Assembly (NCBI GenBank): GCA_013265495.1
Contig: MU058584.1
Coordinates: 186,001 to 250,000 of the forward strand
Origin: Vicugna vicugna
Taxonomy: Eukaryota
Direction of reading: 5' to 3'
DNA: 64,000 nt
A program made the position numbers and the translations under genes. Positions 1 to 12,788 of the stretch are shown here, one piece after another. Under the pieces are notes generated by a model. The model was not told where the DNA came from. It saw only the letters and a list, made by a program, of their open reading frames with translations, and ran no database searches. Position 1 is the stretch's first letter. Each line of letters opens with the position of its first letter.

Positions 1-44
1 TGCTTTCATGTAATTATCTATCATTCGTATAGATTAGAGACTAT

Positions 45-182
45 GTTTTTGTTTTTGTTTTTATTAGGGAGAAGTAATTAGGTTTATTTATTTATTTATA
101 TTTGGAGGAGGTACAGGGGATTGAACCGAGGACCTCCTGCATGCCGAGTATGCATTCTACCACTTGAGCTATACCCTCCCCC
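45..182 (-). mobile_element. tRNA-derived SINE, camelid Vic-1 type, with 10-bp TSD
   Basis: Reverse complement reads GGGGAGGGTATAGCTCAAGTGGTAGA (A box) ... GGTTCAATCCCC (B box) ... (AAAT)n/A-rich tail. TSD TAGAGACTAT at 35-44 and 183-192. Confidence 0.9.
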
Positions 183-1954
183 TAGAGACTATAAATATTA
201 TCTATAATGACAGTTTTCCCTCCAGTATATTCAGCATCCTGATCTTATATGATTCAGAGTGATGTTAAAGGTGTAGTGTGTGCTTCCTGATCACACACCA
301 AAAAAAGACCAGAAGAACACAAAGAAAAGAGTGGAAATTTCATGTGAAGACAAATATGACTTTATTATTAGGGACATCCCAGAAACCTATCCAGGTAGTG
401 GGCAGAATCCAGCACTCTTAGCAATTTGATATACTGACTGTCATGAGTGAATTGTATTTTCTACTCTGAAGGTCTCACTGTCGTCATTTTTCTTGGTGAT
501 TTTAGAAACATTTATTTTGATCTGATGATTGTTGGTATGTAAGAATAAAATTATTGTTGACAGAGTTGGTCTGAATCCCAGCTGGTGCCTCAGCTATTTC
601 AAATGAGGGCAGAGGCTCCAAGATCTCTGAGGTCTCTCCTGCCCTGTAACTCTGTGCTTTTGCCTAATGACATTTCTGTCATATTTTGGTTGACTGTTTG
701 AATGTAATAGCAGACTTTTAAGAAAATCTCCTACATGAGACTTGAGACCTGAGATTTCAGATCAAGAGGGAGATGATCAAAGCCTTCAAAGACAAAAAAA
801 AAAAAAAAAAAAAAAAAAGTATGAGCTGAGTCATGTAAGCCAGAAAGGTATATTCCCAGTATAGAATAATAAAGGGTCAGGACATTACAGACACAGGACC
901 CTCACTACAATACCTGAAAGAAAGGAAATAAAGGAAATAATCTGAGTTTATTAGAATTCAGGGAGTTTTGTACAGGATAAGGTTGGAGAGGGAAATTGGG
1001 ACCAGATTTTCAGTTTATTGGCTATCACATTTTGAGTGGTACAAGAGAGAGCTGGGAGAATAGAAAAATGTCAGGGAAATTTTAGACTGCTTTGGATTAT
1101 TTTATTTTTTAACATTTTAGAAAGCAGCAGTTTGCTTTCTTTGCTTAATAACTGTATGTTGAAACAAAGAAAGGGGTCAGATTAGTCAACTTAATATCTT
1201 TACCTCCCTTTTTTATCTAGCATTCACTTCTTGGACATTTTCCTTGGTGGGTTTTTAAAAATAGTACCGTTTTGTTTTCCTAAATGATAGGTTTTTATTT
1301 TTCTTTTTAATTTATGGCTCCTTTTTATAATTAGCCTGATACTTCACTTTGCTATTTCATATTGTCATTCTAAACAACATTTGAGGTCTGTGTTTGTAAG
1401 TGATTTCTCATGATCTTCTTTGAATGTCAGAGTTCACAACCATTTGATAGGTCTAAAGAACATATCTATAGCCATGTTTCCTAATAAAAGATTTACTTGT
1501 TAAAAGAGTAAAGATCCAAAACCTAGAGAAAAAAGTCCTCCCCCCTCAAAAAAAAAACAAAACCTTCTAGAATAAGGAGCATTACCTTTGTAATATAGTA
1601 TCTTGCCAAAGGCCTCCCACCTATTCAGAGTCTTTGTTTATGAAGAATCTTTTGTTTGACCTAGCATTCCAGGGCAGCGCTCAGCACATCTTATTTCCTC
1701 TTGTGCTTCATCATTAATTACTCATATCAGCACTTAAGTAGATCTAACACTGGAGAGTGAACTGTAGTTTAGGTTCTTGTTAAATTGTTTTGAGAGTTTC
1801 AGATAATTGTGGATCATTTTTTTGATACTACATCAGAACTCAACAGGTGATCATTTCTTAAAAGATTAGTTTTAGTATGGAATCTGACACAGTATCAATT
1901 GAACTTTTATATACTCTATAACATTAAAAGCCATTGATCTATCCTGCATTTTGA

Positions 1955-2745
1955 GTGGAACTTTTACACATGGATGATTTTGGAACATCATGCACTCACT
2001 GGTCGTTTGGAAAATATTGGTTCATTGAATTATGGAGATCTTCCAGATATTAACACATTTCATTACACAATATTAAAAAATCGCATTCATTAATATCACT
2101 ACCAGTCACATCAAGAAAGCTATGCTTATCATGGTGGACACAAAGTTACCAAAATTCTGATTTTTGCTTACCAGCTCAAATTTTATCATTTGCAATACAT
2201 ATTGTCAGCTGTTCTCTTTGAAGTGATAGGCTTACTTCTCTTATTTTCAAGAAAATGTCTAATGGATACCCAAGCTTGAATAACAATAGTTTGTCAGTCA
2301 CTCTTTCAAGTTAAAGTGGGTAGTTCAGCTTGGCAACTGAATCACGTAAGTCCCCTCCCCCTTCCCCCACCAGAGATAGCCATCATGCTTCAGTAGGCAG
2401 CAAACTTTTTAAATGTACTTCCCCGTTTCATCACAGAGAATATTCATAATTTTCACTGCTTTGACAAGGATATTCTTAATTGAATTCGGCTTTAAAATTT
2501 TTAATTCACTTACATTCATACACTGATTCATTTTTACTATGAGTGTGTGGCAGTGAAGAATACAATGATTATTACTATAGTTTGGTGCCACTACCTAGAT
2601 TTATGCCAAGGCCCAGCAGTTTTACCTTGCTTTTTCACCGTCAGTGCAAATTTCAAGAGGGTGAAAGAAGGCAAATAATGTCTTAATATTATTATGAAAA
2701 TAATTTGACCTTATAGACTTACTGAAAGGGTCTCAAGGACCCTTG
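1955..2745. mobile_element. hAT-Charlie DNA transposon remnant (Charlie1-like)
   Basis: Ends in aataatgtcttaatattattatgaaaataatttgacct...ctgaaagggtctcaaggaccc, resembling the Charlie1 terminus. Boundaries approximate. Confidence 0.65.
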
Positions 2746-2819
2746 CCTCCTTGAGGCAGACAGCTAGTTAAAAGCTATTATTATAACTTCCCTGTAGCTA
2801 ACTTATTTATATTATAAAC

Positions 2820-4630
2820 CATTTTTGTATACCTGTCATATGAAGGACCATAATAGATCCTGGGAATTCACCAGTGAACAAAACAGATTAAAAATATCAG
2901 CTCTTATAGAGCTTGCTTATAGAGGATAAAGACAGACAGTAAGTATTAGGGAGAAAAGTAAAGCAGAGAAGGGAAAGGATGTGAGTGTGTTTGGTGGGGA
3001 TGTGTTGTATAGTTTAACTAGGGTAGCCAAGAAAAACCTCATTGAGAAGCTGACATTTGAGTGAAGATTTGAAGGGGGTGAAGACACATGCCACATGCAT
3101 GTTTTAGGATAGGATATTCCAGTAGGAACAGCAAATGTAAAAGCCCTGAAGTAAGAACATACTCATTGTATGTGAGGAATAAGAAAGGAGGCTGCTGCAG
3201 CTAGAGCATAATTAAGCAAAGAACTGTAGAAGATGATGTAAGAGAAGTAAGTAGCTGGGTCATAACATATATTTTTAAAAGGCCACTGAGGTTATTTTAA
3301 TTTTACTCTGAGATTGGGAATCATTGGAGCACTTTGGTGTACATTTTAATAGGATCATTCTGGTTGCTGTGATGAGAATAGACTTCAAGAAGGGAAGAGC
3401 AGAAGTGGACAGATCATTAAGGAGGCATAGTCTGTATACAGACAATGGATAATGATGGCTTGGACTGATGGTTAGATTCTGGGTATATCTAGAAAGTAGA
3501 ATCAGTAGGATTAGCTGATGGATTGGACATGGAGTATGAGAAGAATACTACAATATTTTGGCCTGAGCACCTGAGAAGAATGGCATTGCCACTGAGATGG
3601 AAAACACTATGGGAGAAGCACATTTGAGAGGTCTGCCAGGAGCTCAGTGTTGGATATCTGAAGAGGTATCCAAAGGGATATTTTAAGTAGGCAGTTGGCT
3701 ATAGGAATCAAGGCCAAGGGAGTGAGCTGGACTTAGAAATGTAAATTCAAGAGTCATCAGTATATAGATAATATTAAAACCCTGAGACTAAATGAGATTA
3801 CCAAGGAGTAAGTAGAGGAATACAAAAAATGGCATTAAGCTCACCAATAAGAAAGGAGCATATTTAGTGTTGAGGACAAGAAAAATGGAGGAGTCCAGGA
3901 TGATTCTAGGTTTCTACTTGAATAGCTAAATAGATATTGATGAGTTGGACAAAGTAGGGTGGGGGAGGGGGAGGAATAAATTAGGAGTTTGGGATTAACA
4001 TATATACACTACTGTATATAAAATAGATAAACAACAAGGACCTACTGTAAAGCACAGGGAGTGATATACTCAATGTCTTGTAATAACCTATAATGGAAAA
4101 GAATGTGAAAAATATATATATAACTGAATCACTTTGCTGTACACCTGAAACTAACACAACATTGTAAATTAATTATACTTCAATAAAAAATTTGTTTTAA
4201 AGAAATTGATGAGTTAACTAACACAGGAAATTCAGGGGGAAGATAAACTGTAGTTTGAGGACCATATTATAGAATATTCCAGAGGGGATGTTTAGTGAAC
4301 AGTCATGAATATGGGTCTTCAGTTAAGTTTTGAGAGGTTTGAACCAGACATATACTTCAAGTCCCATGAATGCCAAGGGATGATATGGATTGAAAAACAA
4401 TTCACCTCTAAGAAACACCAATAATTAACATGGAAGGTGGCAGAAGAGAAGGCAACAACAGCAAAAACATTGGTGGGACATGAGAACTAAGAGAGTTTAA
4501 GGAGGGGAAGTTGAGTGTCAAGTGCTGCAGAGAGGGATCTGGGGTGAGGGCTGGATAGAAGCAAGGGGCTTTAACAATTAGAATGTAATATTTATGAGGA
4601 CAGTTTCAGTGGAATGGTGGTGACACAGTC
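2820..4630 (-). mobile_element. LINE-2 fragment(s), interrupted by an L1
   Basis: Typical antisense L2 text (cagtgaacaaaacaga..., gacatttgagtgaaga..., gattagctgatggattgga..., gagtcatcagtatataga). Boundaries approximate. Confidence 0.75.
3947..4200 (+). mobile_element. 5'-truncated L1 3' end (artiodactyl-type) with 15-bp TSD
   Basis: L1 3'UTR (ataaacaacaaggacctactgta..., gtacacctgaaactaacacaacattgtaa, aataaa). TSD agatattgatgagtt (3932-3946) / agaaattgatgagtt (4201-4215), one mismatch. Confidence 0.9.
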
Positions 4631-4824
4631 AATTTTCATTACTTTGGGCATCAAATGTAAGATAAGGAGTTCCACTGATTTATAGCCCAGTCTGTTGTAT
4701 TTTATCTACCTACAATAATGCCATGATTTATCTAAGTAAAATCAATGTTTCCAGAAAATGTTAGATCAGACATTAACTGGCAACATCAAATATGTCGGAA
4801 ATGAAATTCCAGCTCGGTGCCAGT

Positions 4825-5345
4825 AACTGTTTCTTGGTTGTAAATGACAGAAACCTACTGGAACTTAAATTATAGCAGAAACTTCTTACATTAAGCAGAA
4901 AAGGAATTTATTGGGTGTCTATGTGTTTGTTCTCACATTCTGTGGAAGGTTGGAGAATTCAGCCTGAAATATGGTGGGAACCAATGAGGCCACATAGCAA
5001 AGAATAGCCATTGTCCCGGCTCAAGAAGTTGGGTTAGGACAACCTACCACTGGCCACCCTACAGCTGCCAGCACTGTTGCCAATGGCAGGCTCTCATCAC
5101 TGCTATGAATAATCTATATCTCTCCAAGTCTTTATTCACTAAGGCCCAAGTCTTTGAATTCAAGAGAAGTATCTGACTGCCAAGCTGAGGACACATGTTC
5201 ATGGCCTAGTTGCCAGAGAACTGGGAGAGAGGCTATGTCTCCCTGCTTTAGGCTTCTGTAGTTGGAGATACTTCCTCACAAAAACCACTCAATGATGATA
5301 CCAACAAGTAGACAAGCTATTGGAATGCTGGATAGCCAAAACCAA
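4825..5345 (-). mobile_element. Old MaLR (MLT1-type) LTR remnant
   Basis: ttcttggttgtaaatgacagaaaccta...ttaagcagaaaaggaatttattgg is characteristic of antisense old MLT1 LTRs. Approximate. Confidence 0.55.
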
Positions 5346-7711
5346 CAGCTTATACTATAAAAACCAAGTACCAAATCTTAAAGATTAAGGGAAACTAATT
5401 GAAGTTCACATGACCAAAATGAAAATTATTTAATAAGCTCAGGGATGTAATCCATGGCTTGCCTTACCAATATTAACTATCAAGAGCATCAAAGTAAAAA
5501 CTTGGCTTTGTTCTCTCCTACCTTATACCTTATAGTATAGGCCCTTCATTGTTATTTCTGTCCCCTATAATGTACACTGCTATTCATGATGGCAGCCTTG
5601 TCAGACCAAATGGAGGCAACACTAGTGAACTTAGTAGTACAAGCACACTTATAGGGATGAGATTATTCTCAGCTAGACCTGGATGGATATTAGGAGTAAC
5701 TGTGACCCTTTGGAGGTGGGAAAGAGAAAAATACCACAGACGGAAAGGCAAACTGGGTTGAGGCTGCGGAAAAAGTGCTACTGGCCACAGCAGAAGCTGA
5801 GTGATTGGACCAGGCCAAGGGTTAGGTAGGGTAGGAGACCTGGCAGTGGAGGGATGCGGAGAAAGCCATGTGTTGTACAGATAGTGGCTGCCCAAATTCT
5901 TCAAATAACTAGGCCTGGGAGACCCTTTTTTTTTTAACTTGGATTTTTTTTTTTTAATTTAACTTGATTTTTAAAGGTGCTTCCCTGCCAGAAGACCGTT
6001 ATGTGTCCCTCCACCACCCCCAGAGAAAAAGACCCTTTATCTGTGTAATGCAAATAAAACTAGACTTTTTTGCTTGCCCTTTTAAAAGACTAATTTTGGC
6101 ATAGTGACACATCCAAAAGAAATACAAATCCAAAACTTCAAAAACTTGATAAGTAATGTAGCCCTTTAGTGAAGTCTCTTAAAGATAGCATAAAGGGAAT
6201 ATTAAATCAAACAGCAGACAGCAAAATGACCGCTTGCCTTCACCCCACAGAAACAGTCACTAACCCAGTATCTCTTCTGTCACACAAAGGCCTGCAGCAC
6301 AGGCTAGCACTCTTTACTCATCTCTTTTCCACCCTTGCAAATTCCAGACTTTTTTCCCCTGCTAACTCATACTTTAAAAAAAAAAATTAAATCAATTTAG
6401 CTTCTTCGAAGTCTCCTCTCCACCTATAACCTCACCCCTACCACACACACTATCCAGCAATGCTTTAAAAAAAAAAATCCTTAGAAAAAGCATAGAGATA
6501 CAGTAGAAGCTTTGAATACTTGTGCTTCAGTTATTTTTCCCCTGTCATGTTTTAAATTAAAGAAGTGAGTATGGGGATGTCTTCCTTTCTTGGCTGAATT
6601 TATAGAGAATATATGTTACAGTTGGCACCAGTGTTTGTGAAAAGGAATAGTGAGAGATCACGGCAGAAAGAGGCCAGATCAGTAGGGACCAAATTATAAA
6701 GAGCTTTCATTTACAAGTTCAAGAATTTGGATCAGTTGTTTAAGTCCCTGTCACCCTCAGTTTGTTTTATTCAGCAGTGGAACATTGGCTCTCAACTACA
6801 AGGTGGAAAAGAATAAACTTTTTTTTTTCATGCACTTTTTGTGTGGCTGAAAGGGGAGTTCAAGGTCAGTTGGGCAGTTTTGGGGGCTTCCTGTGGAGTT
6901 TGATATGAGAACCATATCTTCTCTTACAAACCAAACTTGAGTTTGCACTTCCTAGGATTTCAAGCTAATTTTTCCTCTGGTGACCTTGCCTGCCTTATCA
7001 TGTCTGAATTTAGTGTCAAAATTTTCCTCTTGTCAAAATATAAACCTTGGCTCATTCTTGGGCCATCTGTTGTGCACTAATAGGTTTGATTTATTCTTCC
7101 ACTGGCTGACATGTGTACTATGCAGATGCAAACTTTATATTTCCTTTCATTAAAGGCTAGTTTTATTGCTTACCCTAGGGGCACAAATAACGGCATTCAT
7201 ATTAGCTAGTTATATTAACTATTTCTAGTTTGGGGATGAGTAATATACTTTGCTTATGTTTTTACTATGATGGGAAGTCCTACATCATAGACATTTTAAT
7301 AGACTTTTAAACTGGTTACACTCTACTTAATTTTATTACGTCTAATTTTTTTTTGTAGTTTTTATGTTCAGGATATATCACGATGTATGTCTGTATTTTA
7401 ATGATTTCAAATATCCTAATTGCCTTTGCTTTTTAATTGCTTTAAACGAATAGACACATTTGGTTTCTTATCAACAATTAGTATAACTACTGGAAAATAA
7501 CATTAGTTCAGAATGTTGTGAATTTGATAAATAATTTTAAAAGGCCTACTTCTGATTATTGCTTTGGCCTTCTTATTTTTAAGGTTTGATATGTTATTCA
7601 ATTTCTTTGGCAGCTTGAAAGATACTTGGTAAGGTACATGAAGTAGTGACAGTAGAAAACAAAAGCTCCTGAGGGTAGGAACACAGATAAAATTTAATAC
7701 AAAGCTATGTT

Positions 7712-8088
7712 TTTCTTTTTTTCCAGTTTTATTGAGATATCATTGACATACATCACTGTATAAGTTTAATGTGTACAACATAATGGTTTGATTTAACGTA
7801 TATTGTGAAATGATTGCAGTAAGTTGGTTTTTGGGTTTTTGTTTTGGCAGGGAGGGGGTAGATAGATTTATTTATTCTTAGAAGAAGTACTGGGGATTGA
7901 ACCCAGGACCTCATGAATGCTAAGCATGCACTCTACTAATTGAGCTATACCCTCCCTGCTGATTGCAGTAAGTTTAGTTAGTGTCCATCATCTCACATAG
8001 ATACAATAAAAAGAAAAAGAAGGAAAAAAAAGTTCTTATGATGAGAACTCTTAGAATTTACTCTTAACAATTTTTATATGTATCATAC
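7712..8088 (-). mobile_element. L1 3' end (L1MA-like) hosting a SINE
   Basis: ttttattgagatatcattgacatacatcactgtataagttta...tgatgagaactcttagaatttactct; the L1 text is continuous once the SINE is removed. Confidence 0.8.
7826..7959 (-). mobile_element. tRNA-derived SINE, Vic-1 type, nested in L1, perfect 15-bp TSD
   Basis: ggggattgaacccaggacctcatgaatgctaagcatgcactctactaattgagctataccctccc. TSD TGATTGCAGTAAGTT at 7811-7825 and 7960-7974. Confidence 0.9.
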
Positions 8089-9741
8089 CAAACCTATTTT
8101 TGAAATGAGGATAGATGCTCTTTTTGTTTGGATCTGGTTTTGACAGTTTTCTTTGTTGGAAAACTAACCTCATCTCTGTAATCCAGTGTATATGGATCAA
8201 ATATAAAATGTTAAGAGGCCATTGTTATTAATATGGGCCTGATTTGCAAAACTTTTTGACTAATAGAGGTCCATGTTGATCTAAATGAAAGCTGCTTAGC
8301 GTCACAAGTGCAGCCTGAGATTCCCTCATTCCTAGGGGACATCCTTAGATATTAAATACATTCCTTTCTCTCAAAAATAAAGGGCTCCAGCCTTGACTCA
8401 GAGTTTCCTAATACAGGAAAAGCTGTTTTACCTAGTACAACAGAGACTAGTAGGTGATCTGTTAATTAATTAACAAAATTAGTTAATGTAGGGGATCATT
8501 TTCTAAAAATTAATAATATTTGAATATTTTATTTCATTTACTTACATAAATGTGCATGCATTTGCCAAGTTTTGAAGTAGGTCCAATTCCTTTTGCGTTC
8601 AGACATAGCAGAGTCCCATGTTGTCTTTCTTGCATAAACTATACTCAGTGCGCTCTTTTTTTTCACACTATATTTTATCAGCGATGTAGTATTTTATTAA
8701 ATTACACAAATACAATTAGCAGAAGTTTGAGAAGGCTTAGTTTAGGAAAAATACACAACTAGTCATAAATGTTCAGTGTGCTAGGGGCATCAGTCAGTAA
8801 GTTTTAGAGGAGGAATGGGAAAAGCTGTTTAAACTGGTTAGTCAGTTTAAGTTGAGGTCAGTTTCTACTTGACACAGATATGTAGAATCAACATTTGACA
8901 ACACTTAGTAGGGCCTCAATTTTATTGTGTTTTACCATCATAACCTTCAGCTGAACAAAATGTGGCACTATTTTTTTGATAAGTTAGTCTCTAATGCTTT
9001 AGCTCTCTTAAAAAGAGAAGAAACTGATAACTTTGGATGCTCTATTATGCACTAATATTTTCTCTTTCTCTAACAAAGTGCTTAGAAGAGGGGATTGAGA
9101 GAATTATATGAAAATAGTGTATTTTCTCATGCACAAAATTGCATTGCATTGGAAAACTGATACTTTATTCTCACAGTGAAATGTTTTGGTGTTTTCCCAC
9201 CAGTGTTTCTCTAAGTTCCTCTGGGAATAAAAATGACAAAGTGTTTATTATAATATCTGTCCATTTAGTTTCCTCCCTAAAGATATCCCTTTGTATCTCA
9301 GTCCTTAAAGACTTTTCAGGAGTCCATTTGAAGATGTCTTGAAGTTAGTGACATAGTTTTGAATGACAGTGCCAAAATAAATCACATTTATCTCTGTGGC
9401 AACATCTTTTCCTACTTCTCCTTTTTATTTTTGAATAGCTTCATCTTTGTTGCAGTTGGATTATATTAACTGACTTAATAGGAAAGAAAGAGTTTTGTTA
9501 AGATTCATCTAATTGAATGCACCTCTCCTTTTCCAGGACTGAATTTCCTGTACAAGTTCTTTAATAAATAAGTAAAAGTGAGAAGGGTGGTATATATCAA
9601 GAAGGCTGTATAATAAATATGGGGGGTTTAATGTTGTTTAAAAAAAAGAGTAAAATGATCTCTGATTATATTAACCCTTATTGAGATTCCTCTTGAGTAA
9701 ATACTGTTAGTGTTATTTCACAAATATATAATATAACTAGC

Positions 9742-10225
9742 AATTAGGTTTAGGTTGAGCTATGCATGACAGAAAATCTAAAATAATAGTGGCTTAGACC
9801 AATTAGAATTGTATTTCTCTCTCATTTTGTAAGTTCTGGAGACTATATGGTAGCTCCCCGATCATCAGGATCCCTAACTCCTTCTATCTTGTTGCTCTGT
9901 AAACCTCAGATTGCAGTTTCCATCTCATGGCCCAGAGTGGCTGCTCCAGCTCTAGCAGTCATATCTGCATTCTAGACAGCAAGAAGGAGAAAAGGGAAGG
10001 AGGAAGGTTGCCTCCCACCATCACCACCTTGACGAAGTTGCATGCACTATTTCTCCTTATAGTCCATTGACCAGAACTTGAATGTATGGCTTAATATGAT
10101 TGCAGAAGAGGCTAGGGATTATAGTCTTTATTCTGAGTGGCTTTCTGCTCAACTAAATGTGGAAGGTCCTATTTCTATTCTAATGTTATAGAAGGGAAAG
10201 CAGATATTGGGCATAAATGACTGTT
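9742..10225 (-). mobile_element. MaLR LTR (MLT1J/K-like)
   Basis: taggttgagcta...aatagtggctta...tttctctctca...ggctgctccagctctagcagtcatatctgcattc...ccattgaccagaact. Approximate. Confidence 0.7.
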
Positions 10226-12689
10226 TCTGCACAAAAATCATTCTTTCCCTAACAAAATAAAAACCTGAAAATATTCTCTGTAGCACAGTGCTGAATACAT
10301 GGTCGGTCACTGTGCTTAGTAAGTTTTGTTTAATGAATGACAAGAAGTCAATAAGTATTTGTTGATTGACTCCTTTGTTTCTGGAGATGTCACTAATAGA
10401 ATGAATGAAAGACCATAAAAGGGAGTGAGATGAACACAGTTGGAGAGAAAAAAATGATTGTAGATTCACTGTGGCAAGAAACATTTAATTTGAGGAAGTG
10501 AAAGTAAATGTTAAATGAAGCAACTCTACTGCCCTAGGTGTGTGTGTGTGTATAAATTATTTTTAATATAAAATAAGCACAATTCGAGTTTGTAGTATAC
10601 CAGCTTTGATTCTCTGTAGTTCTAGTGTATGGGCCACTTTGGTAAACTAGCATTTTTTAAATTATAGGTTTTCCCTCCTGTTTGCAAACCTTTATTTATT
10701 AGAGGTAAGGCAGCTTAACTCTTAATAGTTTTTATGCATTCAAGATGTGATTTTTCTTTTTCACAAATAATAATGTGTTTTTTAGTTTTCTGCTGCAAAA
10801 GTAACTACTTTGTTTGAAATTTAATGAAGAGAGAACATAGGAGGCATTATGTCCGGAAAATCATGTTTAAAAACATACAGTATGACATCTAGATCTTAGC
10901 AGGAAACTCAAGTCTGAACCTGACCTCAACCCATAACCAATGGAATCTAAGTGTGTTTATTTTTACAATAGCCTTAATTTGGGACTTGTAAGTTTGTTGG
11001 TTTGTTTTCTCATTCGATTTTGGGGATCTTGATGCAGTATTTTAATTACAGAAGTTTAGCTATTTATAGTTTTCATGGCATGAAGATCAGCAAATTTTGT
11101 TTTGTCTTGGCTATCATATGTTATCTTACTCTCAGAAACATGTGATCTTTGTGTCTAACAATGCACTTTAAAAAAACCCCAAAAACCTCCTTAGCTGCAA
11201 TGTTGAAATTCTAACAACAATTTCACTCATCCTTTCCCCTCTTTTTAAAAAAAAACACGTTCTCATGGAGATGTTGCCTTGAATTAGACAAAGTAGAAGC
11301 AGTTACTGGAAATGTTTTCTATGCAGTCCTGTTCATATACATTAATTTCAGGTTTTTTTTTTCACAGTCTAGATTTTTTCTTAGCTTTGCTGATAATCAC
11401 ATTTCATAATCACAATGACTTTGAACTAATAAGATGCATTGAATTTTTATCACTCTCAGCTGTGTCAAATCCTACTTTTTGATGACTCCTTCCATATAGC
11501 AAGTTTGGTGAAACAGATGAACAAAGGAGTAAGAAAAGAAAGCAAGAGGGGTTAGACTGAGGGTCAGCTTTATCTCAGTTTAACTATATTCCTTTAAATG
11601 GAAACACTAATATACATTTTTTTCTTTTGTCTTTTTTTTCCTTTTGTTGTGACCAGTCCCATGTTTTTGCTAGGAAAAAGATGAAGTATTGAAAACAGTA
11701 GCTTATATAAAAGTCATAAGTCATTTGTAATCAGCTTTGGAATACCTTACAGATGTACATACCTTTTCCAAAACATTCATACACCCTTTTTTGAAGCCAA
11801 ACCCCTCTTGGCTCGTTCTTACTTCAGCATTTGTGTGGTTGGAAACCAGAAACCTCAGATGCCATGGGTTACTTATAGATGACCAGTCATTGGCAGTATT
11901 AAATTTAGAACTATATAATTGTGCTAGGCATGCATTTATGATGTTTTTAATCCTTCCACAAAACTGTATGCTTTTTGAGGGCAAGAACTACACATTTTCT
12001 TTCATGTATACCTGTTGCTTACTAAAAACAAACACACAAACAAACAAAAAAAATCACTGTAGCTACTTCAAAGAGAGAGGAGGAGGCTAAGCAGGCAAGG
12101 CTTTAGATCCTGGCCCTGCTTCAATTAGAATCTTCCTTTTATATATCAATAATTTGGGACTAGAATTTTTAGGGGGGAAACATTCCTTTTTTTCCCTGAC
12201 GCTGCCCACCCCCATTCCTCTTCTTTTGAAAAGAAGTTTAAAATGACTCTGTCAGATAGATAACTTCAGTGTCTTGTGACATTATCTAGACTAGCCTCCT
12301 CATTTTACAGGACTAGAAACAGACCAAGTTTCTACAGCTGTTCAGTGGAAGAGCTGGAATTAAAATCCCACCATTCTGATTGCTTGACCAATATTCTTTA
12401 TAGCGTACCGCAGCATATGTTATCAGACATAGGAGTATTGCAAGAATGCTGCATAGTACCTGGTAATGATAGACACTCAGTACTTCATAATGCTTATTGC
12501 TTATTGCATTATGAATAAGTGAATCATAAAATGATTTGTAGTTAATTATCCCAAAACTCAGTTCAAACAAAAACTGTTTTTTTTTAATGATCACAATGAA
12601 ATGTTGGCATCTTAGAAACTCTGAATTTGTTCTGTTACAGGACTAAGCCAATTGTTATGTGTAACAGACTGTTCTTTTGTTAATCTTAG

Positions 12690-12788
<99 letters not shown>

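Noticed and set aside
100..182. tRNA-like A/B boxes (also at 7880-7959)
   Set aside because: SINE heads with A-rich tails and TSDs, not tRNA genes.
794..818. A25 tract as a retrocopy tail
   Set aside because: No recognisable upstream element or TSD. Treated as a simple homopolymer and possible oligo-dT mispriming site.
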